64,000 nt of DNA from a virus. The stretch spans positions 1-64,000 of the IMG/VR virus record IMGVR_UViG_3300044858_001565; one strand, given 5' to 3'. Positions 55,609-64,000 of this stretch are shown piece by piece. The notes under the pieces are model-generated. The model saw only the letters and a program-made list of their open reading frames with translations. It made no database searches and had not been told where the DNA came from. The translations under genes were made by a program, and so were the position numbers. Positions within the stretch are counted from its first letter, which is position 1, and the number at the start of each line of letters is the position of its first letter.

Positions 55609-56293
55609 AGAACATCTTCTCCATGTCAAATTTATTGGCTGCACGACGCTTGAAGGTTTCACCGTCGATTCCGTACATTTCCTTATTTTCATTCCGTGCA
55701 TGGAGCGTATCCCACGGTTCTCCGCTCCACTGATGCTGAATGATGCACAGATCACACCGCCGCAACTTGCCCAACGCCATGCACACCTGCGTCTGCTCAT
55801 TGTCGCAGTACAGGGACTTGTATTCAGGATTGTAAATGTATCCAAACCGCTTGTATAAGGGGAATCCCATGACCGTGAGGGTCATCAGGGGGTCTTCCTT
55901 TGGACGCAATCCGTCCCAGAACTTGATGGCACCATCGTAATCGGGAAAAGCCTGTGCGTACACCTGACTGATGATCTCGTCGTATCCCATGTGGACTGGC
56001 ACCATATCGTCCGATGCCAGCATCAGAACATCGCCGTCCACTCCCTCTAGATTGGCGTTGCAAGCCTCAATCTTCGTCTTGGAGTGCCCGTAAAAGCACT
56101 CTATTTGGGCACAGCGGGCACGGGTGGCAATCCACTGCTGCATGGCATCGTTGTTCATGGTTGCGTCATCCTCGTCCATAGTGAGGATGAACCGCACATC
56201 ATGCCGACCACTGAGGAATGTCAGGTATCGGGTGAATACGGCTTTGAACTTGTCCGGACGATTACGGGTGGGGAACTTTATCACTAGTCTCAT
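55589..56293 (-). CDS. GT2-like glycosyltransferase
   Basis: IKFPTR.R, DEDD, KIEACN, LASDDM and Y.SLYCDNE motifs. Confidence 0.8.
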   Translation of the reverse strand: MRLVIKFPTRNRPDKFKAVFTRYLTFLSGRHDVRFILTMDEDDATMNNDAMQQWIATRARCAQIECFYGHSKTKIEACNANLEGVDGDVLMLASDDMVPVHMGYDEIISQVYAQAFPDYDGAIKFWDGLRPKEDPLMTLTVMGFPLYKRFGYIYNPEYKSLYCDNEQTQVCMALGKLRRCDLCIIQHQWSGEPWDTLHARNENKEMYGIDGETFKRRAANKFDMEKMFYAGTSK

Positions 56294-56308
56294 TATGAAT
56301 CTCCATTT

Positions 56309-56746
56309 TCACTCTTCGGGTTTAATGTTCTTCTTGGAACGCCCTATGTGGTATTTAGGACACAATTCCCACTCGCCCTTCTCCTTGTACGGGAGAATCT
56401 TTATTTTGTTCAGCGGGACTCGCTCTTCAGCCTTTTTCTTGTCAACAATCTTGACAAGCCCCCACTCTTCCAGCAGACACGCAATGGTATTTCTCCGTCC
56501 AATGTCTTCGGAATTTATGGATGTGGGTAGATCATCCAGAGCAAACATCTCCTTGAAGTGGACAATGTAGTATTTGCCCTTCTTGTGGAGAATGTGGCAG
56601 GACTGCCACAGTTTCTTTTCAGTACGGGACGAAACGCCAATTCGGGTAAGCGTTTCACGGACTTTCAAAAAGTCATCAGGCTTTTGTAGGGTGACCTCTA
56701 GAAGATCGGTTGCTTCAAGGTCGATATAGCGTTCGTCTTGTTCCAT
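56309..56746 (-). CDS. regA: translational repressor RegA
   Basis: PDDFLKVRETLTRIGV, QSCHILHK.G.YYIVHFKE.F.LD and RRN.IA.LL..WGL. Confidence 0.97.
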   Translation of the reverse strand: MEQDERYIDLEATDLLEVTLQKPDDFLKVRETLTRIGVSSRTEKKLWQSCHILHKKGKYYIVHFKEMFALDDLPTSINSEDIGRRNTIACLLEEWGLVKIVDKKKAEERVPLNKIKILPYKEKGEWELCPKYHIGRSKKNIKPEE

Positions 56747-56784
56747 GTTCTGTTCACTCCGTTAATTCTGAACTGACACGGAAC

Positions 56785-56791
56785 TATTTAG
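56785..56791 (-). promoter_or_regulatory. late-type promoter CTAAATA upstream of regA and the glycosyltransferase cluster
   Basis: Same motif as in front of the structural genes, in the gp62-regA gap. Confidence 0.55.
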
Positions 56792-56795
56792 AAAT

Positions 56796-57179
56796 CTATC
56801 GCTTTCCACCCTTGCTCACTAGAGCCACAATATCAGAAACTACATCCTCTGTCAGAACGGTGAGGGCTTCCCGTGCCTTTCGGCTAGAGATGCCGTAATA
56901 CTCCACCAGAGCCGCCACACGCTCGTCCTCCTCCCGCTTCAGCCACTTGGAGAACCGCTTGCGTGGACGGACTGCACCCCGCAGAAAGTCAAAGTGCATT
57001 TTTGAATCCATCACGGGACGAATATTTACTTCGTTGGCAGCAAACAGGGTATCGGGAAAATACGAAAGGCACCGTGCCACCACGAACGGGGGATACGAGT
57101 GCTTTGCGTAAACCTCACTCTCGTCCATGAGGGGTTCCTTGTTCACATTGATGGCATTCAAATAATCAGACAGATTCAC
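56796..57179 (-). CDS. gp62: clamp loader small subunit (gp62)
   Basis: L.DYLN.IN..K, YPPF...RCLS...D...ANE.N and RKRFSKW.K motifs; position after gp44. Confidence 0.92.
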   Translation of the reverse strand: MNLSDYLNAINVNKEPLMDESEVYAKHSYPPFVVARCLSYFPDTLFAANEVNIRPVMDSKMHFDFLRGAVRPRKRFSKWLKREEDERVAALVEYYGISSRKAREALTVLTEDVVSDIVALVSKGGKR

Positions 57180-58129
57180 TTGAACTTTACCTCCATCATC
57201 AACTGAACCAGACACGCGGTGGTATTGATCTCCGCATCAGCCGCAAACGCAGCCTTATACTGATAGTCCGAAAGGATCAGGATGGCAGGAGGAATGGATG
57301 CGGGTTCGGCATATTCATACAGGCTGTCGTAGATGGATCGGTAGATACGGGTCTGATCGTTGTCTAGGTTCTCCACCACCCACTTGCGGACTGCCGTAAA
57401 GTCCTTTGCCTTCATGGACTTCATCAGGGACTTCACCTGAACATCGCCCATTGTCTGTAGAATACCCACATCAATCTTGCCGTTCACCGAATACCGCTGC
57501 AACTCGTTCAGAGTCCTGCGGAAGTCAGGGAAGTGCTTGCTGATAAGTTGGGCAACCACCTTCTGATCGTATTCCACTCCCTCTTCCCCAAGAATCTCCT
57601 CCGCTCGCTTCAGGAACTTTACTGCGAGTTGAGCCTTCTCTTTCGTGGGAATTCTGAAATCAATGGGTGTGCATCGGGAGTGCAGCGGCTCAATGATCCG
57701 ATTCTTGAAATTGCAGGTCAGAATGAATCGGCAGTTGTTCGCAAACTCCTCAATGAAACCGCGAAGGGCAGGTTGAGTGGACTGTGCGTTTGAGTAGTCA
57801 AACTCGTCCAGTATCACCACTTTCCTTACTCCATCCATGAGAGACACGGTGGATGCAAAGTTTCGGATGCGAGTCCGCAGCGTATCAATGTTGCCATCCT
57901 CGGAGCAGTTCACCACAATATGGTCGCAATCAAGATCATTGCACAATGCTCGGGCAACAGAGGTCTTTCCACAGCCAGCGCCCCCACTCAGGAGCAGATT
58001 CTGTGGTTCGCCGCGCTCTACCATCTGCATGAAAAGATCATGCGTTTCCTGTGGCAGGATACAGTCGCCCACACTGCGTGGACGATACTTCTCAACCCAA
58101 AGACCCTTCACGGTTTCAGTTGTAGTCAC
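57176..58129 (-). CDS. gp44: clamp loader large subunit (gp44)
   Basis: LWVEKYRP, G.AGCGKT, ILDEFD, LHSRC and FPDFRR.LN.LQRY. Confidence 0.96.
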   Translation of the reverse strand: MTTTETVKGLWVEKYRPRSVGDCILPQETHDLFMQMVERGEPQNLLLSGGAGCGKTSVARALCNDLDCDHIVVNCSEDGNIDTLRTRIRNFASTVSLMDGVRKVVILDEFDYSNAQSTQPALRGFIEEFANNCRFILTCNFKNRIIEPLHSRCTPIDFRIPTKEKAQLAVKFLKRAEEILGEEGVEYDQKVVAQLISKHFPDFRRTLNELQRYSVNGKIDVGILQTMGDVQVKSLMKSMKAKDFTAVRKWVVENLDNDQTRIYRSIYDSLYEYAEPASIPPAILILSDYQYKAAFAADAEINTTACLVQLMMEVKFK

Positions 58130-58131
58130 GA

Positions 58132-58830
58132 TCAAGCCTCGTAAGTGGAATCGGCGTTCAGAGCAATCCAATAGGTAATAGGTTCATTCTTGTTGGAGAA
58201 GCACGACACAACCTTCTCCGAAATCTCAACGGTGTAGTCGCCGGGAATCATCTTCAAGTTGTCCACATCAAAGATGAATTCAAACTTCGCACCAGAGGTG
58301 TTTTCTCCCACATCCACACAGAACGAATTGGAAGTCCTGTCGCTCTTGTCAGACACCGCCAGTTCAATCCGCGAACCGTCTTCCGATGAACGCACAATCA
58401 TGTGCATCACCTGAAGCACGGATGCTGCCTTCAGAACTTCGGCAAACTCCTTCCCGTCAAGATCAAACTTAACGACAGCCTTCGGCATATTGATCCGCTT
58501 GTTGGTTGACACCACAAGAGTGGGATCGCAATACCAATACTTCACACTAGCCTTGCCGCTCTTGATGAGGATGTAGTTGTCCTCAAACACAAACTCTGGA
58601 TCCTTGAACAGACTGACCGTTCCAAGAAACTTGTTCAACTCGTAGATGGAAAACTTCTTCGGGAAGGTTTCGGTCACACGAGCCTCTGCCACGATGCTCT
58701 TGCCTGATTCAACGGTGTTCAGCACATTGCCTTCGTTCACCGTGATGCCAGAATTGATGGCAGAGAAGTTCTTCAGAATGTCAAGAGTCTTCTTTGAAAT
58801 GGTAATTGTATTAGTCTTCGTAGTCGTCAT
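58132..58830 (-). CDS. gp45: sliding clamp (gp45)
   Basis: IS..TL.ILKNFS.IN, F.IY.LN.FL, NLKMIPGDY.V and YWIAL. Confidence 0.95.
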   Translation of the reverse strand: MTTTKTNTITISKKTLDILKNFSAINSGITVNEGNVLNTVESGKSIVAEARVTETFPKKFSIYELNKFLGTVSLFKDPEFVFEDNYILIKSGKASVKYWYCDPTLVVSTNKRINMPKAVVKFDLDGKEFAEVLKAASVLQVMHMIVRSSEDGSRIELAVSDKSDRTSNSFCVDVGENTSGAKFEFIFDVDNLKMIPGDYTVEISEKVVSCFSNKNEPITYWIALNADSTYEA

Positions 58831-58987
58831 AATCAAAATCTCGCTTTCCTGCGTTGTAGTCTTCCACATATCGCTTCAGGTGTTCTTTTCCATCGTGACG
58901 GCGGCGGCTCTTGTGCTTGCGATCAGCACTCTTTCGCGCCTTCTTTGCGGCAGGGTCACGGCTGTCGTAGTCAAAACGGTCTTCCAT
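58811..58987 (-). CDS. small charged hypothetical protein (58 aa, MEDRFDYDSRD...), not in the ORF track
   Basis: Hand-translated; TAATG coupling to the rnh stop. Confidence 0.6.
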   Translation of the reverse strand: MEDRFDYDSRDPAAKKARKSADRKHKSRRRHDGKEHLKRYVEDYNAGKRDFDYDDYED

Positions 58988-59835
58988 TAGAAATCCTGGA
59001 TGTCTCCAATAAGGTTGCGTAGCCCCTTCTCTATCATGTAGGGAAGAATCTTGCTGCGGGAAGGGGAAAAAGGTTTATTCCATTCGGCTTCAATTTTTTC
59101 TTCATAGTCCGTTGGAATACGCAACAAGTCAATTAGTTTAGCGTTTCTGTCCCAATTTGCTGCGTACTTTTCAGGAACCTTTCCTGTTGCCGCAAGATGG
59201 TCAAGAATCTCTTCAATCCGCTTCTTTGTCACGGGCTTCTGCCGCTTGTCCTCTGCCATGAAGCAGTCATCATCCGAAAGAATGTTCGGCACTCCATCCG
59301 ACGAATCGCCCTTGATGATGTGTTCAAGAAGGAACTGCTTCGGGTTTTCCACCGTCACGAACTTCTTCAGCATGGGCGAGTATTGTGCCACATTGGGGTG
59401 CAACTGCAACTGACCGAAATCCTTGTCACCGCTGAGGATCAAAACCTTTTCGCGCTGGCAATATCGCTTTGCAAGGAAAGCAATCACATCATCGGCTTCG
59501 CAGCCCTGAACATGAACGCACCGATACGGAAAGTTTGCGGCAACCTCTTCTCGGATGATATTGATGATGTCATAGAACCGCTGCCACTGCTCTTCGTTTT
59601 CCTTCCGCTCGGCACGACGCTTGGCTTTGTATAGAGGGAAGAACTGCCGCCTCCATGACGCTCCACCGTCCTCGCAAATCACAAGTTCTCCGTATTCGCG
59701 GAAGAACTTCTTGCGATAGGTTCGATAGGTGTTCAGCACCATGTGCCGCACTAGGTCTTCGTTCACCCCATCCAAGTTTCGCTGCTGTGCGAAAATGGAT
59801 GCCATTATCACTTGTGTATTGTCAACGAGAATCAT
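58987..59835 (-). CDS. rnh: T4 RNase H (5'-3' exonuclease)
   Basis: MILVD..QV, WRR.FFP.YKA.R, EADDVIA, ILSGDKDF.QL and GD.SDGVPN. Confidence 0.95.
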   Translation of the reverse strand: MILVDNTQVIMASIFAQQRNLDGVNEDLVRHMVLNTYRTYRKKFFREYGELVICEDGGASWRRQFFPLYKAKRRAERKENEEQWQRFYDIINIIREEVAANFPYRCVHVQGCEADDVIAFLAKRYCQREKVLILSGDKDFGQLQLHPNVAQYSPMLKKFVTVENPKQFLLEHIIKGDSSDGVPNILSDDDCFMAEDKRQKPVTKKRIEEILDHLAATGKVPEKYAANWDRNAKLIDLLRIPTDYEEKIEAEWNKPFSPSRSKILPYMIEKGLRNLIGDIQDF

Positions 59836-60956
59836 TAGTTTACCTGTAGCAGCAAGCAGTGCTTGTTGATCCGTCCTGTTGGTTCGGAGTTCTTGGTCTT
59901 CACGCCGCTGAGGTAACGAACCGCAGAGGCAAAAGTCTTTCGGCAACCATCAGCATTCTTCAGGAATTCATCAGGCTTCCGCACAGTCTTTTCAAAAGAC
60001 TTTGCAGGATCAAATCCCGTCAAGGTGGAACCCTTGACTCCCAAACCGCTCTTGGGTTCAGAAGCCACGAATACCGTTGCCTTGTTGGTGTTGGTGTTGA
60101 ACACGATGAGTCCTTGTGCCCCGATGATAGCCTCTGGCTTCGCAGAGTCAACCCCAAACTGCTCGTTTCTGACGCAGTAGTTCAACTTTTTGATTTGAGA
60201 TTCCGCACTCTTGGCTTTACGCTTTCGGGGCTTTCGTGAAGCCTTCAGGACTCCTAGCCTGTCGTTCAGCACCGAAACCGCTGAATTCAAATTATCAACC
60301 ATGTGCTTCAGGCTTGTCTTTTTGAAATGGGAGTAGCCCTCGCGCAGATCAGGATCAGTGCCGTCCCGTGCAGCGGCTACCTCGTCAAGCAGAGACTGAA
60401 TGCGATCACGCACAATAAGCGCAAGTGGACGGTTCAGATCACTCCGATCAATCCACTCCTTCAGGGAATTGTCTACCTTCTTGCCCCCTTGGACAGAAGC
60501 CACCACGCGATCAATAACAGGCTCAAGATCACAAAGAACGGCATCAGCCTTCGCAGCGATACGGTCTTGGACGGTGGGACGGGTTTCTGCGGGAGCGTTG
60601 GAACGAGCATTGTCTAGTAATTCTCCAAGGTGCTTTGCGATCAGTGACTGAAACTTCTCTCCGAGAGGGAAGCCCCGAACAGCCATGCGGCAGTAGGGAG
60701 CAACAAATCGGAAATTGCTCTTGTCTGCGCGACCGCAAATTTCGGAATCTTCGGTTCGTCCAACAGACTGTAGATATTCCCGAACCCAAGACTTGGCTGT
60801 GGGTAGACGGTAGTTCTGTCTGTACCAGTACAGTGCTTTTTCAATTGCGAGATCAAGTTCATCTGCCTTGGTCTGCGGGTCGTATTGAGGCTCTGCTCCA
60901 CCCGCAAGGATGCGCTGTGCCCGTTCTTTTGAAAGTTTCCGACTCATGGTTAGCAT
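59835..60956 (-). CDS. conserved hypothetical T4-like phage protein
   Basis: Long ORF coupled to its neighbours; C-terminal IIGA...VFNT..., VKGSTL.GFD...S..KT.RKP and GRIN...LLL. Confidence 0.75.
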   Translation of the reverse strand: MLTMSRKLSKERAQRILAGGAEPQYDPQTKADELDLAIEKALYWYRQNYRLPTAKSWVREYLQSVGRTEDSEICGRADKSNFRFVAPYCRMAVRGFPLGEKFQSLIAKHLGELLDNARSNAPAETRPTVQDRIAAKADAVLCDLEPVIDRVVASVQGGKKVDNSLKEWIDRSDLNRPLALIVRDRIQSLLDEVAAARDGTDPDLREGYSHFKKTSLKHMVDNLNSAVSVLNDRLGVLKASRKPRKRKAKSAESQIKKLNYCVRNEQFGVDSAKPEAIIGAQGLIVFNTNTNKATVFVASEPKSGLGVKGSTLTGFDPAKSFEKTVRKPDEFLKNADGCRKTFASAVRYLSGVKTKNSEPTGRINKHCLLLQVN

Positions 60957-62662
60957 AGTTTGCTGAAGTTGTTGACCTTCTTGTAGGTCAGGATGTTCTG
61001 GAACTTATCTAGCAATTGGTCAGACTTGTGGGAGATCACGAAGATGTTGTTGGAACCGCCCATGCTCTGGAGAATCTTGATGACTTCCTCAGTACCCACG
61101 GCATCCAAAGAAGAATCAAATACCTCGTCCAAGATGAGGAGATTGGTGTTGGCACAGTTCTTCATTCTAGCAATGTCTCGCCACGCAAGCAAGAGGGAAA
61201 GATCAATACGCAATTTTTCACCCTCACTGAAATTTTCATACGAAAATTCATCGCGGTGGCGGCTCTTGATTATTTCAACAAAGTCCTCGTTCAGGGTGAA
61301 CTGAGCAAAAAAGTCCATTGAAATCAAATACTTGTTGATGATTTTGTTTAGTGCGGGGATATATTTACGAATGATCTTGCGCTTGATGCCGCTGTCCTTC
61401 AGCAGCACCGTGGCAATTTCCATTGTGTGGAGATCCTGCACCAACTCCTTTTTCTGTGCTTCCGCTTCCTCTTCCTGTGCTTGCAGATCGGTCATGGCAT
61501 CCCGCTCTGTCTGTAGGGAAGCCTTTTCGCTGCGAACCTTTTCGGCAAGTTCCTGCAACTGCTTCAGATATTTCTTGGATGAGGCAATAGCCGAATCGGT
61601 CTTGTGTGACTCCTGCCGCTTGTCTTCCATCTGCTTTACCACCACATTTGCAATATCCAATTTCGTCCGAGCGTCCTCAAGCATCTGATTCATCTTCTGT
61701 AGAGCAAGAGCCAGTTCGGTTTCGCGTGACTCCTTCTTTCCGATCATCTCCTGACGGAACTCTTCGGACAGATCGTGCTTGCACACGGGGCACTCTTCGT
61801 TCTGCTCGTAGAACGCTCGTTCTTCCTGAGCCTTCTTTGCGTTGCCCTGCATCTGCTTGCGTAGCGCAGTCATCTGTGAAATGGAGTCACGCTGCTTGTC
61901 CACGGACGCAACGCTTTCCGCGAGAGCGGCAATCTCGCTTTGCAGGGTAGCCTTCCGTTCAAGCAGGGCTTGCAGGGCTTCCTGCTCCTCCGTAGCGGAC
62001 TTCTTGTAGGACTCCAACTGCGTATCGGACTTCTCTTCAATCTTCTTGATGAGATCCGCCTTATGCTCAGTCTTCATCCGTATTGTGGTGATTTCGGTTT
62101 CCACTCCACGCAATTCTTCCTTTGAGGAAGTCAAGCGAGACTTCAAGGCTTCGTTCATCTTGGAGAACACATCAATATCCAACAGGTTTTCCACGATGTT
62201 GCGGCGATCCGCAGCAGGGAGCCGCATAAACGGCACATAATTCGTGGAGCCAAGAATCACTACCTGACAGAATGTCTTGTAGTTCATCTTCAGGATTTGC
62301 CCCTCTAGAATGGCTTGGTAGTCCTTGGCATTGGCAGTCTGATCCACCGCCTTGCCGTCCTTCTCAATAAGAAAGACCTTTGGTGCCTGACCGCGTGTCA
62401 CCTTGTATTTGCTGCCGTTGCTAGTGAATTCAATCTCCACCACACAGTCCTTGCCGTTGATGGAGTTCACCAACTGGGGCAGATTGATGTTGCGGAATGG
62501 CTTGCCGTACAGCACGAATGTGAGCGCATCCAGCATCGTGGTCTTGCCTGCTCCGTTCTCGCCGCAGACAAGGGTGGTGGAGTGCTTGTCCAACTGGACT
62601 TCAGTGAACAGGTTTCCTGTACTGAGCAGGTTCTTCCATCGAATCTTGTTGAAGGTAATCAT
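60950..62662 (-). CDS. gp46: recombination endonuclease subunit gp46 (Rad50/SbcC-like)
   Basis: KNLLSTGN, Walker A GENGAGKT, Zn hook CPVC, signature FSEGEK and LILDEVFD. Confidence 0.96.
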   Translation of the reverse strand: MITFNKIRWKNLLSTGNLFTEVQLDKHSTTLVCGENGAGKTTMLDALTFVLYGKPFRNINLPQLVNSINGKDCVVEIEFTSNGSKYKVTRGQAPKVFLIEKDGKAVDQTANAKDYQAILEGQILKMNYKTFCQVVILGSTNYVPFMRLPAADRRNIVENLLDIDVFSKMNEALKSRLTSSKEELRGVETEITTIRMKTEHKADLIKKIEEKSDTQLESYKKSATEEQEALQALLERKATLQSEIAALAESVASVDKQRDSISQMTALRKQMQGNAKKAQEERAFYEQNEECPVCKHDLSEEFRQEMIGKKESRETELALALQKMNQMLEDARTKLDIANVVVKQMEDKRQESHKTDSAIASSKKYLKQLQELAEKVRSEKASLQTERDAMTDLQAQEEEAEAQKKELVQDLHTMEIATVLLKDSGIKRKIIRKYIPALNKIINKYLISMDFFAQFTLNEDFVEIIKSRHRDEFSYENFSEGEKLRIDLSLLLAWRDIARMKNCANTNLLILDEVFDSSLDAVGTEEVIKILQSMGGSNNIFVISHKSDQLLDKFQNILTYKKVNNFSKLC

Positions 62663-63723
62663 GGCTTGGCAGTCTCGTTTGCAATGCATTCCGCATACAG
62701 GTCACGAACAAGGGTCTTCAACCTGTTGGGATCAGAAATATTCTGAAGGGCTTCTATTTCCTTGTTGATGATGGAGATGGTGTCTTCTCCCAAATCCACT
62801 AGGTCGCTGTCCCCGTTTTGGTCGGGTTGCAGGTCTTCTATAATGGTCACGCCGTGGGGCGACGATGCGTATACCGAATCCACGAATTTCTCAAACAGAT
62901 ACGGCTTGGTCTTGTTCTCCACGATGATGCGGACAAACTTGCCCCGTGTGCGCTCATCTTCCACCGACAGGGGCACCGTATCGCTTGCTGCGGAGTCATC
63001 ATAGCGGATCTGCGTGAAGATCGTATGGGGATTCTTCACGAACTCCAACTCGCGGGTTTCGGTGTCAAGAATATGAAATCCCTTCTTGTCGCCGTAATCG
63101 TTCATGGTGATCTGATACGGGCATCCCAAGTAGTGGATGTTTTCCCGCGAGTGTCGTGTGTGGAAGTGCCCCGTATACACGGCAGAATACCGGTCAAATA
63201 TGTCGGATTTCATGCCGCCGTCAAACGGGGTGTTCCGCAGCACCTGAAATCCGTTCAATTCAAGGTGCCCACACAGGATGTCTGCCTCTGCTTCCTGCAC
63301 AAACTTCAGAGACTCTGCTTCGTTTTCCCGATTGATCCACGGCAGCAGTGCAATAGGCAGACCGTCAAAATCCATAACCGTTGGCTTGTGATGCACCACG
63401 AACTTGTCCGAGAACAGTTCCTGTAGTGAGTTCACCTCGCTCTTGTTCTTGAAGAAGATATCGTGATTCCCGAGAATGCAGTGCATAGTGGCACCGCTCT
63501 CCTCCAACCGCTTCAAGAATCCGTTTCGCACCGCGTTCAGTGTCAGAAAGTTCACGAACTTGCGACGATCCAAGAAGTCTCCCAAATGGATAATGGTAGT
63601 GATTCCCTCCGCTTGAATGCGCGGAAAGAACACGCGGTCAAAGAACCGCATGAAGTGTTCCATGAATATGGGGGAGTCGTTACGCGCACCAAAGTGCGTG
63701 TCCGTCACAAGGGCAATCTTCAC
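62659..63723 (-). CDS. gp47: recombination nuclease subunit gp47 (Mre11/SbcD-like)
   Basis: DTHFG, HLGD..D.R, GNHD, GHLE and GHFH metallophosphoesterase motifs. Confidence 0.96.
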   Translation of the reverse strand: MKIALVTDTHFGARNDSPIFMEHFMRFFDRVFFPRIQAEGITTIIHLGDFLDRRKFVNFLTLNAVRNGFLKRLEESGATMHCILGNHDIFFKNKSEVNSLQELFSDKFVVHHKPTVMDFDGLPIALLPWINRENEAESLKFVQEAEADILCGHLELNGFQVLRNTPFDGGMKSDIFDRYSAVYTGHFHTRHSRENIHYLGCPYQITMNDYGDKKGFHILDTETRELEFVKNPHTIFTQIRYDDSAASDTVPLSVEDERTRGKFVRIIVENKTKPYLFEKFVDSVYASSPHGVTIIEDLQPDQNGDSDLVDLGEDTISIINKEIEALQNISDPNRLKTLVRDLYAECIANETAKP

Positions 63724-64000
63724 TTCTTCTTGTCCTTCTTCTTGGGCTTGGCAGCAGGCTTTTTTGCCTTTGGCTTTCTCGTAGTCTTTCGTGCTTTCTT
63801 TGGCTTTTCAATAACAGGCTCGGGTTCGGTTTTCTTCTCAAAATTCTGAATATCGTTTTCCGTCAGGAAGGTGGGAAGTGTTTCAAAATTGTCACCCACC
63901 TTCAGGTAGTTCTCACGGAACCACTTCTTCATTGCCGAGTCCACATCGCTCATCTCAATCTTCTTCAGTTTGATATATGCCTGCTTCTTTTCCTTTTGAA
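63720..64000 (-). CDS. gp55: late-transcription sigma factor gp55, C-terminal part (truncated by the window edge)
   Basis: The frame is open to the window end and reads (I)QKEKKQAYIKLKKIE; canonical position upstream of gp47. Confidence 0.75.
   Translation of the reverse strand, partial: QKEKKQAYIKLKKIEMSDVDSAMKKWFRENYLKVGDNFETLPTFLTENDIQNFEKKTEPEPVIEKPKKARKTTRKPKAKKPAAKPKKKDKKK

Noticed and set aside
48125-56293. T4-style DNA glucosylation as the role of the GT cluster
   Set aside because: Disfavoured rather than excluded. There is no dCMP/dUMP hydroxymethylase in the window, the GT families resemble protein/surface-glycan enzymes, and the cluster is coupled to a collagen fibre.
1-64000. 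Stop-codon reassignment
   Set aside because: Core genes are full length in the standard code, and TAA, TAG and TGA all terminate conserved genes.
1-64000. tRNA, rRNA or other structured RNA genes
   Set aside because: Intergenic gaps are very short, and no cloverleaf or T-loop pattern was recognised by eye. tRNAscan/Infernal were not run.

Overview
This window is a 64-kb segment of a large lytic T4-like myovirus genome (aquatic, cyanophage-like gene order), with almost all genes on the minus strand. From right to left it contains: (1) late sigma gp55 (partial), gp47/gp46, RNase H, clamp gp45, clamp loader gp44/gp62 and regA; (2) an island of about 18.7 kb between regA and DNA polymerase, holding an 11-gene glycosyltransferase/methyltransferase/epimerase cluster, a GPT-type collagen fibre cassette, dUTPase, UvsE, an i-type lysozyme, a repeat-bearing HNH nuclease, SpeD, a BglII/BstYI-like endonuclease next to a DNA methyltransferase, and GroES; (3) gp43, UvsX, gp41, gp61 and ThyX; (4) about 24 kb of tail-fibre/adhesin genes built from two tandem paralogous modules; (5) class II RNR (NrdJ), a signal-peptide subtilase with a Phycisphaerae-type dockerin-like tail (suggesting a Planctomycetota host), a RuvC-like nuclease and possible lysis genes. 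The best candidate for an undescribed system is phage-encoded virion protein glycosylation: a TPR-GT2 enzyme and a swappable sugar-modification cassette sit beside a BclA-like collagen, and a G-x-[T/S/C] motif pervades the structural proteins but not the replication proteins. A second candidate is a modular fibre-docking code (C-terminal DGG and WF motifs paired with specific N-terminal domains). All calls come from motif recognition by eye; no searches or computations were run.
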